In this document: piece by piece, positions 22,198 through 32,726 of the stretch | Position numbering within the stretch: the stretch's first letter is position 1 | Layout: each line of letters opens with the position of its first letter | Virus record (IMG/VR): IMGVR_UViG_3300024502_000010 | Location: 62,001-126,000 of that record | Length of the DNA stretch: 64,000 nucleotides | Reading direction: 5' to 3' (one strand) | Program-made: the position numbers and the translations under genes | The notes under the pieces: model-generated | Seen by the model: only the letters and a program-made list of their open reading frames with translations | The model's database searches: none | Told to the model about the DNA's origin: nothing

Positions 22198-25119
22198 TTA
22201 AGCAATATTTCCAATTGAGTCTGAATTTCCTAAGCACCTAATTTTTAGATAACTATCCTTAAGCGGCGTAATTGTACCAGCACTGACAAATGCTTTTAAA
22301 GTCACTCTGCAGTCTGCAGATGGTATAGCAAGTCCTTTAACCTGAATCAATCCTCCTGCACCATTAATAATAGATGCTGATGGAGACATTGTGACTGTTT
22401 GACCAGTTCCTGCAAGTACTCTTCCACCAACAATGTCAATATTACCAGTAACATTACCAGTTGCAGTTAATGATGCAAATCCAGACCCGGAAGAAGAACT
22501 GAAGAGCAATGTGCAAGTTCCTGCTGTCGTTTTCGTGAAGAAGAGATTATAGTCAATTTCATAATAATGTCCAGAGAGAAGTGAAACTCCTACATTGTTT
22601 CCAAACCAAGAAACTGAGGTTTCTGCCGTTGTTGCACTAATATCACTACCGTTTGCATTTAATCTATAAAATTGCGTTGAGTCAATAAATGCTCTCTTAG
22701 TTCCATTTGTAATATCATTTTGTGTTACGAATAGATTCACTCCATCATATTCAATTGCATTTGATTCTGGCGTTGTTAATAAAGATCCTGCATTAACTTT
22801 GATTGGAGCTCCATTAGGAGTTGTTCTACCAGCACCAATATGCAAATTGCTACTGATTGTTGTTGTTCCAATTCCAACACCGGGAATAGATGTGTCAAAA
22901 ACAAATGGTTTTGACGAATCTGAACTTGAAATTTGAGTAGTAACTCCTGCGGAGGATGATGTTAGAACAACATTAAATGAACCAGAAGACCCAACATTCA
23001 ATAATACACCATCTTGTCCAGCAAGTCCCTGAGTACCTTGAACACCTTGTGGACCTGTATTGCCGAGAGGACCTAGAGTTCCTTGTGAACCTTCAGTTCC
23101 TTGCGCTCCCTGACCAGCAAAGGCTCCCTCTCTTCCTTGAACACTGGTGCCTTGAGTGCCTTGTGTTCCATTAGAACCTTGAAGACCTTGAACACCTTGA
23201 TTTGATCTACCTTGAATTCCTTGAACACCTTGAGAACCTTGGGAACCATCTTGACCAACATAACCTTCATTTCCCTGAATTCCCATGAGACCTTGAATAC
23301 CATCAAGTCCCTGAATTCCTTGAGCACCTTGGATTCCTAATGTTGAACTATTAATCCAAGAAACATTAGAACCATCACTTCCTAAGACATAACCCAAAGA
23401 ACCAAAATTTCCATCTTTATCTAAGATATTTCCCGTTACTTTAAGATCTCCTTGTACATGCAAGTCAGTATCTGCTTTTGTTGTACCTATACCAACTCTA
23501 CTTTGTCGGTAAATTGTTGTTCCTGCTCCAGTAGTCCAACGCGAAGCGACAAAAAGACTGCCATTTTGATATAATGAACCACCAAAGTTAATATCAGAAT
23601 TTACATCTAAAGAATATGCTGATTTTGCCGTTGTTCCTATGCCGACATTAGATAATGTATGAATTCCAACTGATGTTTTATTCCAATATTGGGTGCTACC
23701 AACACTTACGCCAAGTAAATATTGTCCATCACCATAGTATGTTATAATACCAGATGATGCAGTAACAATACCCGCAGATATTGATACATTTCCTACAGAA
23801 AGACCGGAAGAATTTACAAATCTTTGTACCAATACAGAACTTGCAGAACTAATTCCGGTTGATATTGTGCTGGATGCTCCAATTTGAACTACATCTTTTT
23901 GAGTAACTCTACTTGAGAATCCTACTGGAGAATTAATCGGGATTACAGTGGTTTTTGCAAATCCGGGACTGATTAAAACCGCATTAACATAACCACTTTG
24001 AACTAAAATTGTTGAGAATCCAACAACTGGAACATCTGTAAAAATACCAACGATACTGATAGAACTTCCAACAGATACTCCAATTGTACTTGCAACACCA
24101 ATTGCTGTTGAACCTATTCCAGTGTTAATTGCTGTTGAAGTATTTAAAAATGTTCTATTATATGGAGTAACTGCAGTTGTAGTTATTGCAACAACAGGTG
24201 CTGAAGTTAGCACTCCAACTACAGTAATTCTATCTCCAACTATAATATCGGAACTACTGTCTAAAATTATTTCTGTTGATCCAATAGAAACTGGATTATC
24301 TACTGTCTTTGTAAAATTTAAACTTGAATATTGTTGTCCAGTTACATTTAATTCGTCAGTTGTGATAGTTCCAGTATCAATTTTATTTTGTGGACCATTT
24401 ATAGTTACACTTGAAGAACCTACAGTCAATATTCCAGTGATTCTTGCATCACCATCGATATAGTTTATGTCAGTTGGTGTAATGAATACTGTAACTCCTG
24501 CACCCGTGCCAGCAGCAACTACATCACCGCCAACAAAGTTAATTGATGTAACTAAATCAACTGTACCTACAGGTGTTCCTTCATCAAGAACTGTAATACC
24601 ATTAATAGTTGATCCGCCAGTATATGCGCCGAGCACACCATAACCAACAAGTTCTACAATATCACCCTGATTTGTTGAAGAAACTAAAGTTACATCGACA
24701 CTGCTATCATAGTATTCTGAACTTGATAATTTTACACCATTGACAAAAACATCAAGTTCATTTGGTGTATGAGTAAATGGAAACTCAAATTGTCCATCAA
24801 AAGCAGTATAAGTTTGTACCGTTCTAAAATTAGGAAAACTTGACCACTCAACTCCACTATAAGTTGTTCTTAGATACTGTCCAGTTGATCCTAAACTTGT
24901 TAGACTTCCTGCAGCTACTGGTCCTTCAAGTACAAGAGTTTGGAAAGTTGCAATTCCGGTTAAATTTATATGAGTTGCGGCAATACCACCACGAACATCT
25001 AAAGTTGCTCTTGTTACGGTAGTACCAATACCAACTTTATCGTTTGTAGCGTCGGCAAAGATAAGATTATTGTTTACTTCTAAACCGTTTTTGACAACAA
25101 AATTCTTATTTATTCCCAT
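22198..25119 (-). CDS. Tail-fibre protein with collagen-like (G-X-Q) segment
   Basis: MGINKNFVVKNGLEV start, VGIGT motifs, about 35-40 Gly-X-Y triplets. Confidence 0.75.
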   Translation of the reverse strand: MGINKNFVVKNGLEVNNNLIFADATNDKVGIGTTVTRATLDVRGGIAATHINLTGIATFQTLVLEGPVAAGSLTSLGSTGQYLRTTYSGVEWSSFPNFRTVQTYTAFDGQFEFPFTHTPNELDVFVNGVKLSSSEYYDSSVDVTLVSSTNQGDIVELVGYGVLGAYTGGSTINGITVLDEGTPVGTVDLVTSINFVGGDVVAAGTGAGVTVFITPTDINYIDGDARITGILTVGSSSVTINGPQNKIDTGTITTDELNVTGQQYSSLNFTKTVDNPVSIGSTEIILDSSSDIIVGDRITVVGVLTSAPVVAITTTAVTPYNRTFLNTSTAINTGIGSTAIGVASTIGVSVGSSISIVGIFTDVPVVGFSTILVQSGYVNAVLISPGFAKTTVIPINSPVGFSSRVTQKDVVQIGASSTISTGISSASSVLVQRFVNSSGLSVGNVSISAGIVTASSGIITYYGDGQYLLGVSVGSTQYWNKTSVGIHTLSNVGIGTTAKSAYSLDVNSDINFGGSLYQNGSLFVASRWTTGAGTTIYRQSRVGIGTTKADTDLHVQGDLKVTGNILDKDGNFGSLGYVLGSDGSNVSWINSSTLGIQGAQGIQGLDGIQGLMGIQGNEGYVGQDGSQGSQGVQGIQGRSNQGVQGLQGSNGTQGTQGTSVQGREGAFAGQGAQGTEGSQGTLGPLGNTGPQGVQGTQGLAGQDGVLLNVGSSGSFNVVLTSSSAGVTTQISSSDSSKPFVFDTSIPGVGIGTTTISSNLHIGAGRTTPNGAPIKVNAGSLLTTPESNAIEYDGVNLFVTQNDITNGTKRAFIDSTQFYRLNANGSDISATTAETSVSWFGNNVGVSLLSGHYYEIDYNLFFTKTTAGTCTLLFSSSSGSGFASLTATGNVTGNIDIVGGRVLAGTGQTVTMSPSASIINGAGGLIQVKGLAIPSADCRVTLKAFVSAGTITPLKDSYLKIRCLGNSDSIGNIA
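22990..23345 (-). repeat. Collagen-like Gly-X-Y coding repeat
   Basis: GIQGAQGIQGLDGIQGLMGIQG...; CCTTG/CCCTG recurring on the + strand with triplet-multiple spacing. Confidence 0.85.
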
Positions 25120-25142
25120 TGGAGGAGAGCGCCTACCTTTTT

Positions 25143-25160
25143 ACTTATTTATAAATATTA
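25143..25160. promoter_or_regulatory. Divergent T4-type late promoters
   Basis: ACTTATTTATAAATATT contains TAAATA on both strands between divergent genes. Confidence 0.65.
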
Positions 25161-25181
25161 TAAAAGTATTTCAGAATTAAT

Positions 25182-25445
25182 ATGGCTTCTCAAGTTTTAA
25201 GTGGAAGTACTAATGCAACATATACCAATAGCACCGGTCAAAATGTAAGATTAGTGATAAACTTCATGGCAAATTGTACTTTGATGAATTGGGGTGGAAT
25301 ATCCCTTACTGGAGGTTCAACAAGTATAGCAAAAGGTCGTGAGCCTCTTGTTTTTCCTAATGAAATTGTTCTCTCCGCAAATCAATCATTTAGTGCAACA
25401 TGCGGTGCTTACAATATTATTGTAATCAAAGAAGACGGAACCTAA
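25182..25445 (+). CDS. Small hypothetical (virion-associated?) protein
   Basis: 87-aa + strand ORF with its own late-type promoter. Confidence 0.65.
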   Translation: MASQVLSGSTNATYTNSTGQNVRLVINFMANCTLMNWGGISLTGGSTSIAKGREPLVFPNEIVLSANQSFSATCGAYNIIVIKEDGT

Positions 25446-25652
25446 TCAAATAGGATTAGAAAATCCATTTGTTGTAAATGGAGTCTTAAAAGAAACATCA
25501 GCAGCAAGTTTATCTTTTGTGATAGTTGCGGCAGCAATTTTTGCTGCCGTAACATTCCCGTCAGCAATTTTTGCAGTTGTGACTGCAGAATTGGCAATAT
25601 CTGCAGTCCCCACTGCTCCATCTAAAATTAAATCTACTTGTGTTTGAGACAT
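25446..25652 (-). CDS. Small protein with T.AKIA repeats (fibre-like)
   Basis: VGTADIANSAVTTAKIADGNVTAAKIAAATITKDKLA. Confidence 0.6.
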   Translation of the reverse strand: MSQTQVDLILDGAVGTADIANSAVTTAKIADGNVTAAKIAAATITKDKLAADVSFKTPFTTNGFSNPI

Positions 25653-25669
25653 TTTAGTAACCTCCTAAT

Positions 25670-28600
25670 TTAGAATAATCGCCAACCAATGGTGCTATTT
25701 ACAAACATGAGATTCAGCGAAACATAACCGACATCCATTATCATGTCTTCCGCAAGTCCCATGAGTAAACTACCATTTCTTGCGATGGTAATATTTTGGA
25801 AATTGCCTGTGTTGTTTATTGTAACAAACCACCCAGCCACTGGATTTGTTGGCAAAGTTATTGTGGTATTATTTTGAGTTACGGAACAAAATTCCTTGTT
25901 AACTAACACTTTGTTTGCTGTAGTCGATGTTGTTGAATATAGATTTTTCCAAGTTATGCCAGCACCTACAGTTGAATCAATTGTTAACATAGTACCTTCA
26001 GGTCCAGGTCCAACAATTATTGCACTGTTGTTTGCAGATCCAACAACAAGTTCACCTTTGTTCTTCCAAGAGTTATCAGATAATAATGCACCCTGAGCAC
26101 CTAATGCAACTATGAAGTGAGATTTTCCTGCCTGTGGTGGGGTTAAAAAGCGAATTGTATTTGTGTTATCCCCAGCAGTTTGTAGAACTGTATAGTCAGT
26201 TCCTGGTTTCTGAATAACTCCCCCAATAGAAACTATAAGGTTTGCCGCATTACCTGATGGTATATAGTTAGTACCATTAATCTTCATGGAGAAATCAGTT
26301 CTTGAACCATTGAAAGGTCCACCATTAATTGCCTGATCAATACTATCAACAACAGCTGAGTTTCCTAATGGATATGCACCAGTAAGAGAGGAACTGTTGG
26401 TGGGAACAAATCCAAGAGCTGTGGTAACTTCGGAATATGATAATGGGGCATCTGCACCATTTGCCTTTAAGAAATTAGTTGGCGTTGCGTTCAATTTAAT
26501 AAACTGATTTGCTCTATAAATTGAAGTTTCACCAAGTCCAATAATATTGACTGTAGAAATGCCAGTTGTTGTATTGTATTGAGTATCTACACGAAGATTT
26601 GTGCCTACAAACTTAATTTGAGTTGTTAATCCAACATATGAGGTACTATTAGCGAGACCAATAGCAATATTGTCGGAAGAAACTGTAATGGTTGCGATAC
26701 CTATCGCAGATCCAAAAGAACCATTAATCTTAATCGGACCAGATCCTCTTATGTCTATGTTGGATGCAACACCAACAAAGTTTCCATTTGCAGATAGTCC
26801 AACAGCATTTTCCGAATATGGGAAGATTCTTCCAAACTTTTCCCATCTATTATTATTAGTATAAACCCAACCAATATAATCACCCGTAGATGGAATAGCG
26901 TTATAATGAACATCACCCGGGTTACCAGCAAGTGCTGGAGTAGAAATTCCTACAGTATGCTTTCTTGAGACTGCTGCATCTCCTTGTAAGAAGAGAGAAA
27001 CTACTTCAATACCTTTAGATGAATTTGAAGTTATCTTCTCATTGAAAACTACTGGTCCATTGAACTCAGAAATTGCTCTTCCGTTTGCCCCACCTTCAAC
27101 ACGGATAGAACGATTAAAAGTCCCTTCAATAGCAGTCAAAACATTAAGAGACGGTTCATTTCCAATATCTTCACCAGTTACGGTTAAGATTGGAGTATCA
27201 AATACTTCTTCCTGTCCAGTAACTGTGCTTAATTTCTTATTACCCGCATATGAAATTCCTTTATCATTCATACCGGTGTAGAAATTAACACCACCTTCTC
27301 TTCTTGTAGATTGTGCTAATAATTCTTCTTCTGTGGAAGTTTGTCTATCTTGCTTATCGGGGAAAGCAGTTGAATAGTTACCTGGTCCAAATCCAACATA
27401 TTCGAAGGTATGACCAGATGCACGAATAATTGAATTTCTTCTTAACTCAACTGGATTTACACTTATTCTTCTTACTGTAGAGTTAATTTTGTGACTTACT
27501 GCTTTAGTACCAAGAGCACCTCTAAATACAAAAATTGGATCTCCACTAACAATTGTTGATGGTACAGTTGTTTTAACTCTTACAACTTCTCCGTCTATTT
27601 GCAAGTAATCTCCAATTTTAATATCCAAATTATCAATTCCTCGGATGGTCACATTATCCGTGGTTGCATCGGTAATACCAAAAAGCAAAGTAGTAGTGAT
27701 TCCAGCATAATTATAATTCACTCTTCCAGAAATATTTTCATTATCGGGACTTATATCTCCATAATTTGAAGTTACTCCTTCTGGATAAACATGACCAAAA
27801 CTTGTACTGTTTTGAGCTGTGGTAGCAATTCCAACATTTACTACAAAGGACGTTAACCCAACATTATTAATAATAGAGAATCTTCCATTATGAATTGGAA
27901 GTTGATTTCCACTCAGTCTAACAGTATTGTCTATACTAAAACCATGATTTTCTAATGTTACAATCGTAGCAATTCCAGTTGTATGGGTATATCTAATCGT
28001 TGAAATTCCAATAGATCTTCCAGTTAAATAAACAAAGGAATTTTCTGAGAATGTTCTTCCAACCCCAGTTGAACTTCGATTAGGCACGGGATTTGCTGAA
28101 ACTGCCACAAAGCTCTTTGCAGCGCCAACCTTAACATCGGTAATTCTATATAAATCATTATATTCCAAATAGGAGACTGAAGAAATTCCAGAAACCCTCA
28201 CTACATCTCCAACATTATTATAAATTTTCGAAACAGTAACAACTCCGTGAGTGTGTCCAGTTGTTGTTGCTATACCGACTACAGCAAGTGTATTTCCGAT
28301 TCCATATGCACTACCACCATGCATAATTTGAACTTGGGAAAGACTTCCGTAAGAGTCAATTACAACTTTTGCAGTTGCATCTTGACCTGCAGCAGACCCA
28401 ACAAATCCGACTAATTTTGCATTATAATATGTGCCGGGAACATATTTTGCTCCAGTATTTGCAATACTTACTTTAGTGACTCGATTTAGACCATGTTCTA
28501 TTGATGTATAAAAGTCATGATTTGTTTGAGATGATGATTTGATGTCAGTAATACCAACTCCAACATCATTATCTTTAAGAAAATCATTAATAGTTTCTTT

Positions 28601-31600
28601 AGTAATACTATTTTGTACATCATCAACAACAACTTGTCCAATTAAAGATGGAGTTGCAAATGAATTTGCTGCATCTGGATCAGATTCTGGATTGTCTCTG
28701 TTTAGTTGTGGGTAAAGATCTTTTATTGATTGTGAATATTTTTCTTCTGTAAATGGAGTAACTGTGGGTGCGTTTGAGGAATTTAATATAGTTAAGTAAT
28801 ATATACCATCTTGTTTTTCTGGTATGTATTTTTGAACCTCTTTGTTTTGTTGAATATAATAAACTGAAGTATATTTCTTTCTCTTGAAGTATGGAAGATC
28901 TATATCTCTTTCTGTGGTATCATTTAAATATTCGCCGGGATTTGTATTTAATCCAACCGAAAATTGTCTGGAGCTTGAAATGCCAGAAACTGTAAATACT
29001 CTATTAAATCCTGTTTGGGATACGCCAATTGGATTATATTCGCTCTTAATGTTGACAAGTTCAACTTGAGAACCAACTGATAAATTATGTGGCAATTCTG
29101 TTAAAATATTCGCAACATTTCCACTCCAATTTGCATCAGCAATAAATTTGAAGTTTCTTTGTTGATTAATATTTGATAAAGTTCCTGTACCAAAATATGT
29201 TTGTATTTCTCCAGTGGTTGACCCAATAGAAGCATTTGATTCTTGAATAACAAAACCATCACTTGGTGGTCTTGCATATAATCTACCAGTTTGTGCAGGA
29301 ATTACATATCTTAATCTATAAATTCTATCCGATAAAATTCTATTATCTTTTTTACGAGTTATATAAGTTCTTGGAGTTGCATTTCCTAATGCAGAAACAC
29401 CAAGAGTCTTTATAATAGAATTAATTGTATTTTCACTTGATGCAGTTGCTACCTTTATATACCATTGTTGCTGAATATTATCATATTGAACAGGGTGTCC
29501 AATATCTCCAGGATTCTTATCAGAAACTCTACTGACTATTCTTAAAATTCCACCATTTGAGTTAATTGTGATCTGATTTCCATTAATTGCATCATTTAAA
29601 TTTTTTGCAAGTTTAAGAGTTGTATTTGTAGTCAATCCACTTAATGGATTTGCATTCGTTATTGCATAGTAAATATTATTTGGAATTAACCCATCGGGCA
29701 AATGTCCATTTCTACTTAAAATGCGAACTGTTTCTCCATTTTCGAAATTATGAGCTGTTGGAAAAGAAATGATGCTTGATGTATCGATGCTATTAATTCC
29801 AACAATGCTTCTACCAACATAAAAACTCTTTTCAGAACTCGTTTGAGAATTCTGCATCACAATACGAGAGCGATATTCTTTTACTGTCTCATTAACCGAT
29901 AGTGTAAGATTTAGATAGTCGTTCTCTTTTGCACCAACTCTATATCCTTCTTTTATGGTTTCTGGAAGAACATCTGGGTCAGTCTGACCGTATAAGTATA
30001 ACCTTTCGTTTGTTGTAGTAACCCCTACAACTTTTTGAACATCTATAGAGTCAAATTCAATTGCATATTCTGTTGGGGAAACATCCTTTGGTGGAATAAT
30101 ATGACTGATATAACCAAAATCATCTTGGGGGAAAGCATTTCTTCTGAATCCACTTGAAACTAATGACTTCGCACCAAAGTTAGAGTTGGAGTTTGTGATT
30201 GATTGGTCTCCACCAGTATCAACAGAAAAATGCTCTGCATAACCAATTGCAAAAACAGAGACATTCTGAATGAATGCATCGTTAACACATTTGATGTGGT
30301 AGTTTTTATATGCTGGTTTAAAGAGTGCTTTTGAATTGGAACTTATATTTTCATTACCAGTTATTGTATTGTCTTCATAAAGTCCCGTGTCAGAGTTATA
30401 AACAACAAATGCATTATCATCTTTCTGTAGTCCAATTCCAGTAAATTGGGCAACAACCATGGATTTAAATCCACTTGCCTTATCCCCATCTGCAAGAAGT
30501 CCACACATTCCGTATACAGAACGCAATGAACAGTTGAAGATGTATGGAGAAGCAGAGTTAACGGTATCGGATGCTAAAGCGAGTGTAGATCCAGTTGGTG
30601 ATGGTAAAGCTACTTGTGGTGCATTTTGAACTCTATAGACAAATGTGGTATCATTTAATTTTTCCGATATTACATATTGTCCATTATATCCAGGAACTTC
30701 TATTCCGTTAATTTTGATTGGAGTATCTGGTTCTAAACCAGGAACATTATCTACAGTGGTTACTGTAATTTTATTTGTTGGGGTGATTCCATTACCAGCT
30801 TTAATACTGCTTATTCCTACTGATAGACCAGTTGATCCAACAATTCTGTATTCATCAATTTTTGGTTCAATATCTAAACTTGCTGAAGGATAATCTGGTT
30901 CAATTGCACGACCAGATGATGCTCCATAAGCAAGACCAATCTTTTCATAATACATGTCAAGATCAGTACGATCATATTCTAAAGCAGAGGGATAAAATGC
31001 GTCTTGAATTCTGACACCATTTACACCATCCGCATATTCAAAAACTGTTAACTTATGGTGAGAAAAATTAGGGACAAATAGATTATCTGTATAATCTGTG
31101 TAGCATATTCCATTTGGATCTGCATCAAAAACAGTGAACTGCCAGAAATAGCATCCACCAGTTACTCTAAAAATAGCAGTTCTCTCAATGTTATCATTAG
31201 TTGGGTTCGGAACATATAGGGGACGAATCTTTGTTTTACGAAGATCCATTCCAACGATAGATGTTCCACGAGGGATAATAACACCACCATAAACACTATT
31301 AAGTTTGTATAGAGAGTTATTTCTGTCGGTTAAATCAAAGCTTGTTGTGGAATCAAATGGTGGGAAATCATTTGAAGTTAGTCCATTTCTCAGTCTATAA
31401 TTATTCTCTCCATCTGGAATATATCCGGGTCTGTTATCTACTAAGTGATCTCCCGGATACAATAGAATCGTAGTTTTTCCGAATCTATCGTTGTTTAATC
31501 CTCTTTGATACGAAAATCTTGCAGATTCAATTAATGCTCTCTGAATCGTTTTAAATGGACGAGTTAGAGAGTTTCCTTGATTTTCAACACTATCCGTAGA

Positions 31601-31678
31601 ATCTAAACTATTGGGATCTACGTATATAATTGTACCACGAACTGATTTCAGAAAATTATCTAATCTGGAGAGACCCAT
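25670..31678 (-). CDS. Large cyanomyovirus virion structural protein (2002 aa)
   Basis: MGLSRLDNFLK...GNSLTRPFKTIQRALIE start recognised from cyanomyoviruses; late promoter ATAAATA near 31710. Confidence 0.8.
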   Translation of the reverse strand: MGLSRLDNFLKSVRGTIIYVDPNSLDSTDSVENQGNSLTRPFKTIQRALIESARFSYQRGLNNDRFGKTTILLYPGDHLVDNRPGYIPDGENNYRLRNGLTSNDFPPFDSTTSFDLTDRNNSLYKLNSVYGGVIIPRGTSIVGMDLRKTKIRPLYVPNPTNDNIERTAIFRVTGGCYFWQFTVFDADPNGICYTDYTDNLFVPNFSHHKLTVFEYADGVNGVRIQDAFYPSALEYDRTDLDMYYEKIGLAYGASSGRAIEPDYPSASLDIEPKIDEYRIVGSTGLSVGISSIKAGNGITPTNKITVTTVDNVPGLEPDTPIKINGIEVPGYNGQYVISEKLNDTTFVYRVQNAPQVALPSPTGSTLALASDTVNSASPYIFNCSLRSVYGMCGLLADGDKASGFKSMVVAQFTGIGLQKDDNAFVVYNSDTGLYEDNTITGNENISSNSKALFKPAYKNYHIKCVNDAFIQNVSVFAIGYAEHFSVDTGGDQSITNSNSNFGAKSLVSSGFRRNAFPQDDFGYISHIIPPKDVSPTEYAIEFDSIDVQKVVGVTTTNERLYLYGQTDPDVLPETIKEGYRVGAKENDYLNLTLSVNETVKEYRSRIVMQNSQTSSEKSFYVGRSIVGINSIDTSSIISFPTAHNFENGETVRILSRNGHLPDGLIPNNIYYAITNANPLSGLTTNTTLKLAKNLNDAINGNQITINSNGGILRIVSRVSDKNPGDIGHPVQYDNIQQQWYIKVATASSENTINSIIKTLGVSALGNATPRTYITRKKDNRILSDRIYRLRYVIPAQTGRLYARPPSDGFVIQESNASIGSTTGEIQTYFGTGTLSNINQQRNFKFIADANWSGNVANILTELPHNLSVGSQVELVNIKSEYNPIGVSQTGFNRVFTVSGISSSRQFSVGLNTNPGEYLNDTTERDIDLPYFKRKKYTSVYYIQQNKEVQKYIPEKQDGIYYLTILNSSNAPTVTPFTEEKYSQSIKDLYPQLNRDNPESDPDAANSFATPSLIGQVVVDDVQNSITKETINDFLKDNDVGVGITDIKSSSQTNHDFYTSIEHGLNRVTKVSIANTGAKYVPGTYYNAKLVGFVGSAAGQDATAKVVIDSYGSLSQVQIMHGGSAYGIGNTLAVVGIATTTGHTHGVVTVSKIYNNVGDVVRVSGISSVSYLEYNDLYRITDVKVGAAKSFVAVSANPVPNRSSTGVGRTFSENSFVYLTGRSIGISTIRYTHTTGIATIVTLENHGFSIDNTVRLSGNQLPIHNGRFSIINNVGLTSFVVNVGIATTAQNSTSFGHVYPEGVTSNYGDISPDNENISGRVNYNYAGITTTLLFGITDATTDNVTIRGIDNLDIKIGDYLQIDGEVVRVKTTVPSTIVSGDPIFVFRGALGTKAVSHKINSTVRRISVNPVELRRNSIIRASGHTFEYVGFGPGNYSTAFPDKQDRQTSTEEELLAQSTRREGGVNFYTGMNDKGISYAGNKKLSTVTGQEEVFDTPILTVTGEDIGNEPSLNVLTAIEGTFNRSIRVEGGANGRAISEFNGPVVFNEKITSNSSKGIEVVSLFLQGDAAVSRKHTVGISTPALAGNPGDVHYNAIPSTGDYIGWVYTNNNRWEKFGRIFPYSENAVGLSANGNFVGVASNIDIRGSGPIKINGSFGSAIGIATITVSSDNIAIGLANSTSYVGLTTQIKFVGTNLRVDTQYNTTTGISTVNIIGLGETSIYRANQFIKLNATPTNFLKANGADAPLSYSEVTTALGFVPTNSSSLTGAYPLGNSAVVDSIDQAINGGPFNGSRTDFSMKINGTNYIPSGNAANLIVSIGGVIQKPGTDYTVLQTAGDNTNTIRFLTPPQAGKSHFIVALGAQGALLSDNSWKNKGELVVGSANNSAIIVGPGPEGTMLTIDSTVGAGITWKNLYSTTSTTANKVLVNKEFCSVTQNNTTITLPTNPVAGWFVTINNTGNFQNITIARNGSLLMGLAEDMIMDVGYVSLNLMFVNSTIGWRLF

Positions 31679-31720
31679 CTTATTAATACTTATAGTTTCC
31701 GTTATAAGTTATTTATTAAA

Positions 31721-31758
31721 CGAAAAAAGAGACTAGGATTACTCCCAGTCTCTTTTCG
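31721..31758 (-). terminator. Intrinsic terminator (possibly bidirectional)
   Basis: AAAAGAGACT...AGTCTCTTTT inverted repeat with A/T tracts. Confidence 0.85.
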
Positions 31759-31772
31759 CACTTCCTTCACAC
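31721..31772 (-). ncRNA. Candidate ~50-nt small RNA (5'-GUGUGAAGGAAGUG + terminator hairpin)
   Basis: TTGACT (31803-31808)-N18-TATAAT (31779-31784) puts +1 at about 31772, only 14 nt before the terminator. Confidence 0.45.
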
Positions 31773-32390
31773 CTCAATATTATACCATGACTCTTCTTTC
31801 CAAGTCAAGCGTTTTTGAAGTTGTTTATCAAATACCATTAAATATCTGTGCTTTCTACTTCGTTCTTTCCACTCACCTTCATAACCTTTTACTTTTCCAC
31901 GAGAGTGTTTAGTTCCGTCTGAATAGTAGAAATCTTTTTTTCTATCCGTGAGACCGTAATATTTAAAATTGCAAGCCCGATAGATTGTACCAGAATGGTA
32001 ATCGTTATCAGCATAAGAGAGGATTGCTTTAACTTCAGTATCTCTCCGAAGTTGTCTAATCGCTTTTGAAACAAACCAAGAAGTGATGTTATATTCACTA
32101 GATTGTGTATCAGGTCTGATGCATAATCTGGAGAGTTCGAAGAGTCCTTGTTGTTCGTGTCTTTCAAGTCCAAATGCTCCTTTCGCTACTTCAGGTACTG
32201 GCAGTCCAGTGAATATACAAACTCCTTGAAGACCACCTATATTCAAAGGAGAGAACTCATTATTTTTAAAGAGTCCGTAATTATATCCAGACTTGAATCC
32301 TTTTGATATATCTTTAAGATAATGGTATTTTAGTAAAAGTTCTTCTGATTGTTTTTTTGTTACTTTATCAATATAGAAGTCAGACTTCAT
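31767..32390 (-). CDS. Mom-like GNAT-fold DNA modification protein
   Basis: HYL..., GVCIF.G.P, ELSRLCI, SWFVSKAIRQL, ILSYADN.YHSGTIYRACNF motifs resemble Mu Mom family. Confidence 0.7.
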   Translation of the reverse strand: MKSDFYIDKVTKKQSEELLLKYHYLKDISKGFKSGYNYGLFKNNEFSPLNIGGLQGVCIFTGLPVPEVAKGAFGLERHEQQGLFELSRLCIRPDTQSSEYNITSWFVSKAIRQLRRDTEVKAILSYADNDYHSGTIYRACNFKYYGLTDRKKDFYYSDGTKHSRGKVKGYEGEWKERSRKHRYLMVFDKQLQKRLTWKEESWYNIEV

Positions 32391-32560
32391 TCAGGTTGCT
32401 TACATTCCATCATATATTCTACAGTGTTTGCTACATCATTCATAGCATCACGGAGAAATGGTTGTTGACCAGATTCTTGTTTAATGATTGGTCTTGAATC
32501 ATCAGTGAGAATCCAACGCCACTGCTTCATGGACTCACAATACCATAGATTAATTTTCAT
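32387..32560 (-). CDS. Hypothetical protein (MKINLWYCESMKQWRW...)
   Basis: 57 aa; start reassigned because ORF 32550-32708 occupies the upstream part. Confidence 0.65.
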   Translation of the reverse strand: MKINLWYCESMKQWRWILTDDSRPIIKQESGQQPFLRDAMNDVANTVEYMMECKQPE

Positions 32561-32708
32561 GTTTGAAGTGCTCCAGTTCGACCCAGTTAAGGAGTGTTTG
32601 GAATGCACTGATAGAGGCAGGAGTGCAGTTATCTTCCTTAAGTTTTTGAACATAATATTCAAGTGCTTCAATGACCATTTGACGGTCTTGTTGTGAAATA
32701 AGTGACAT
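32550..32708 (-). CDS. Hypothetical protein (MSLISQQDRQMVIEALEYY...)
   Basis: 52-aa ORF found by manual translation, below the track cutoff. Confidence 0.65.
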   Translation of the reverse strand: MSLISQQDRQMVIEALEYYVQKLKEDNCTPASISAFQTLLNWVELEHFKHEN

Positions 32709-32726
32709 TGGAGTTATAGAACTCAG

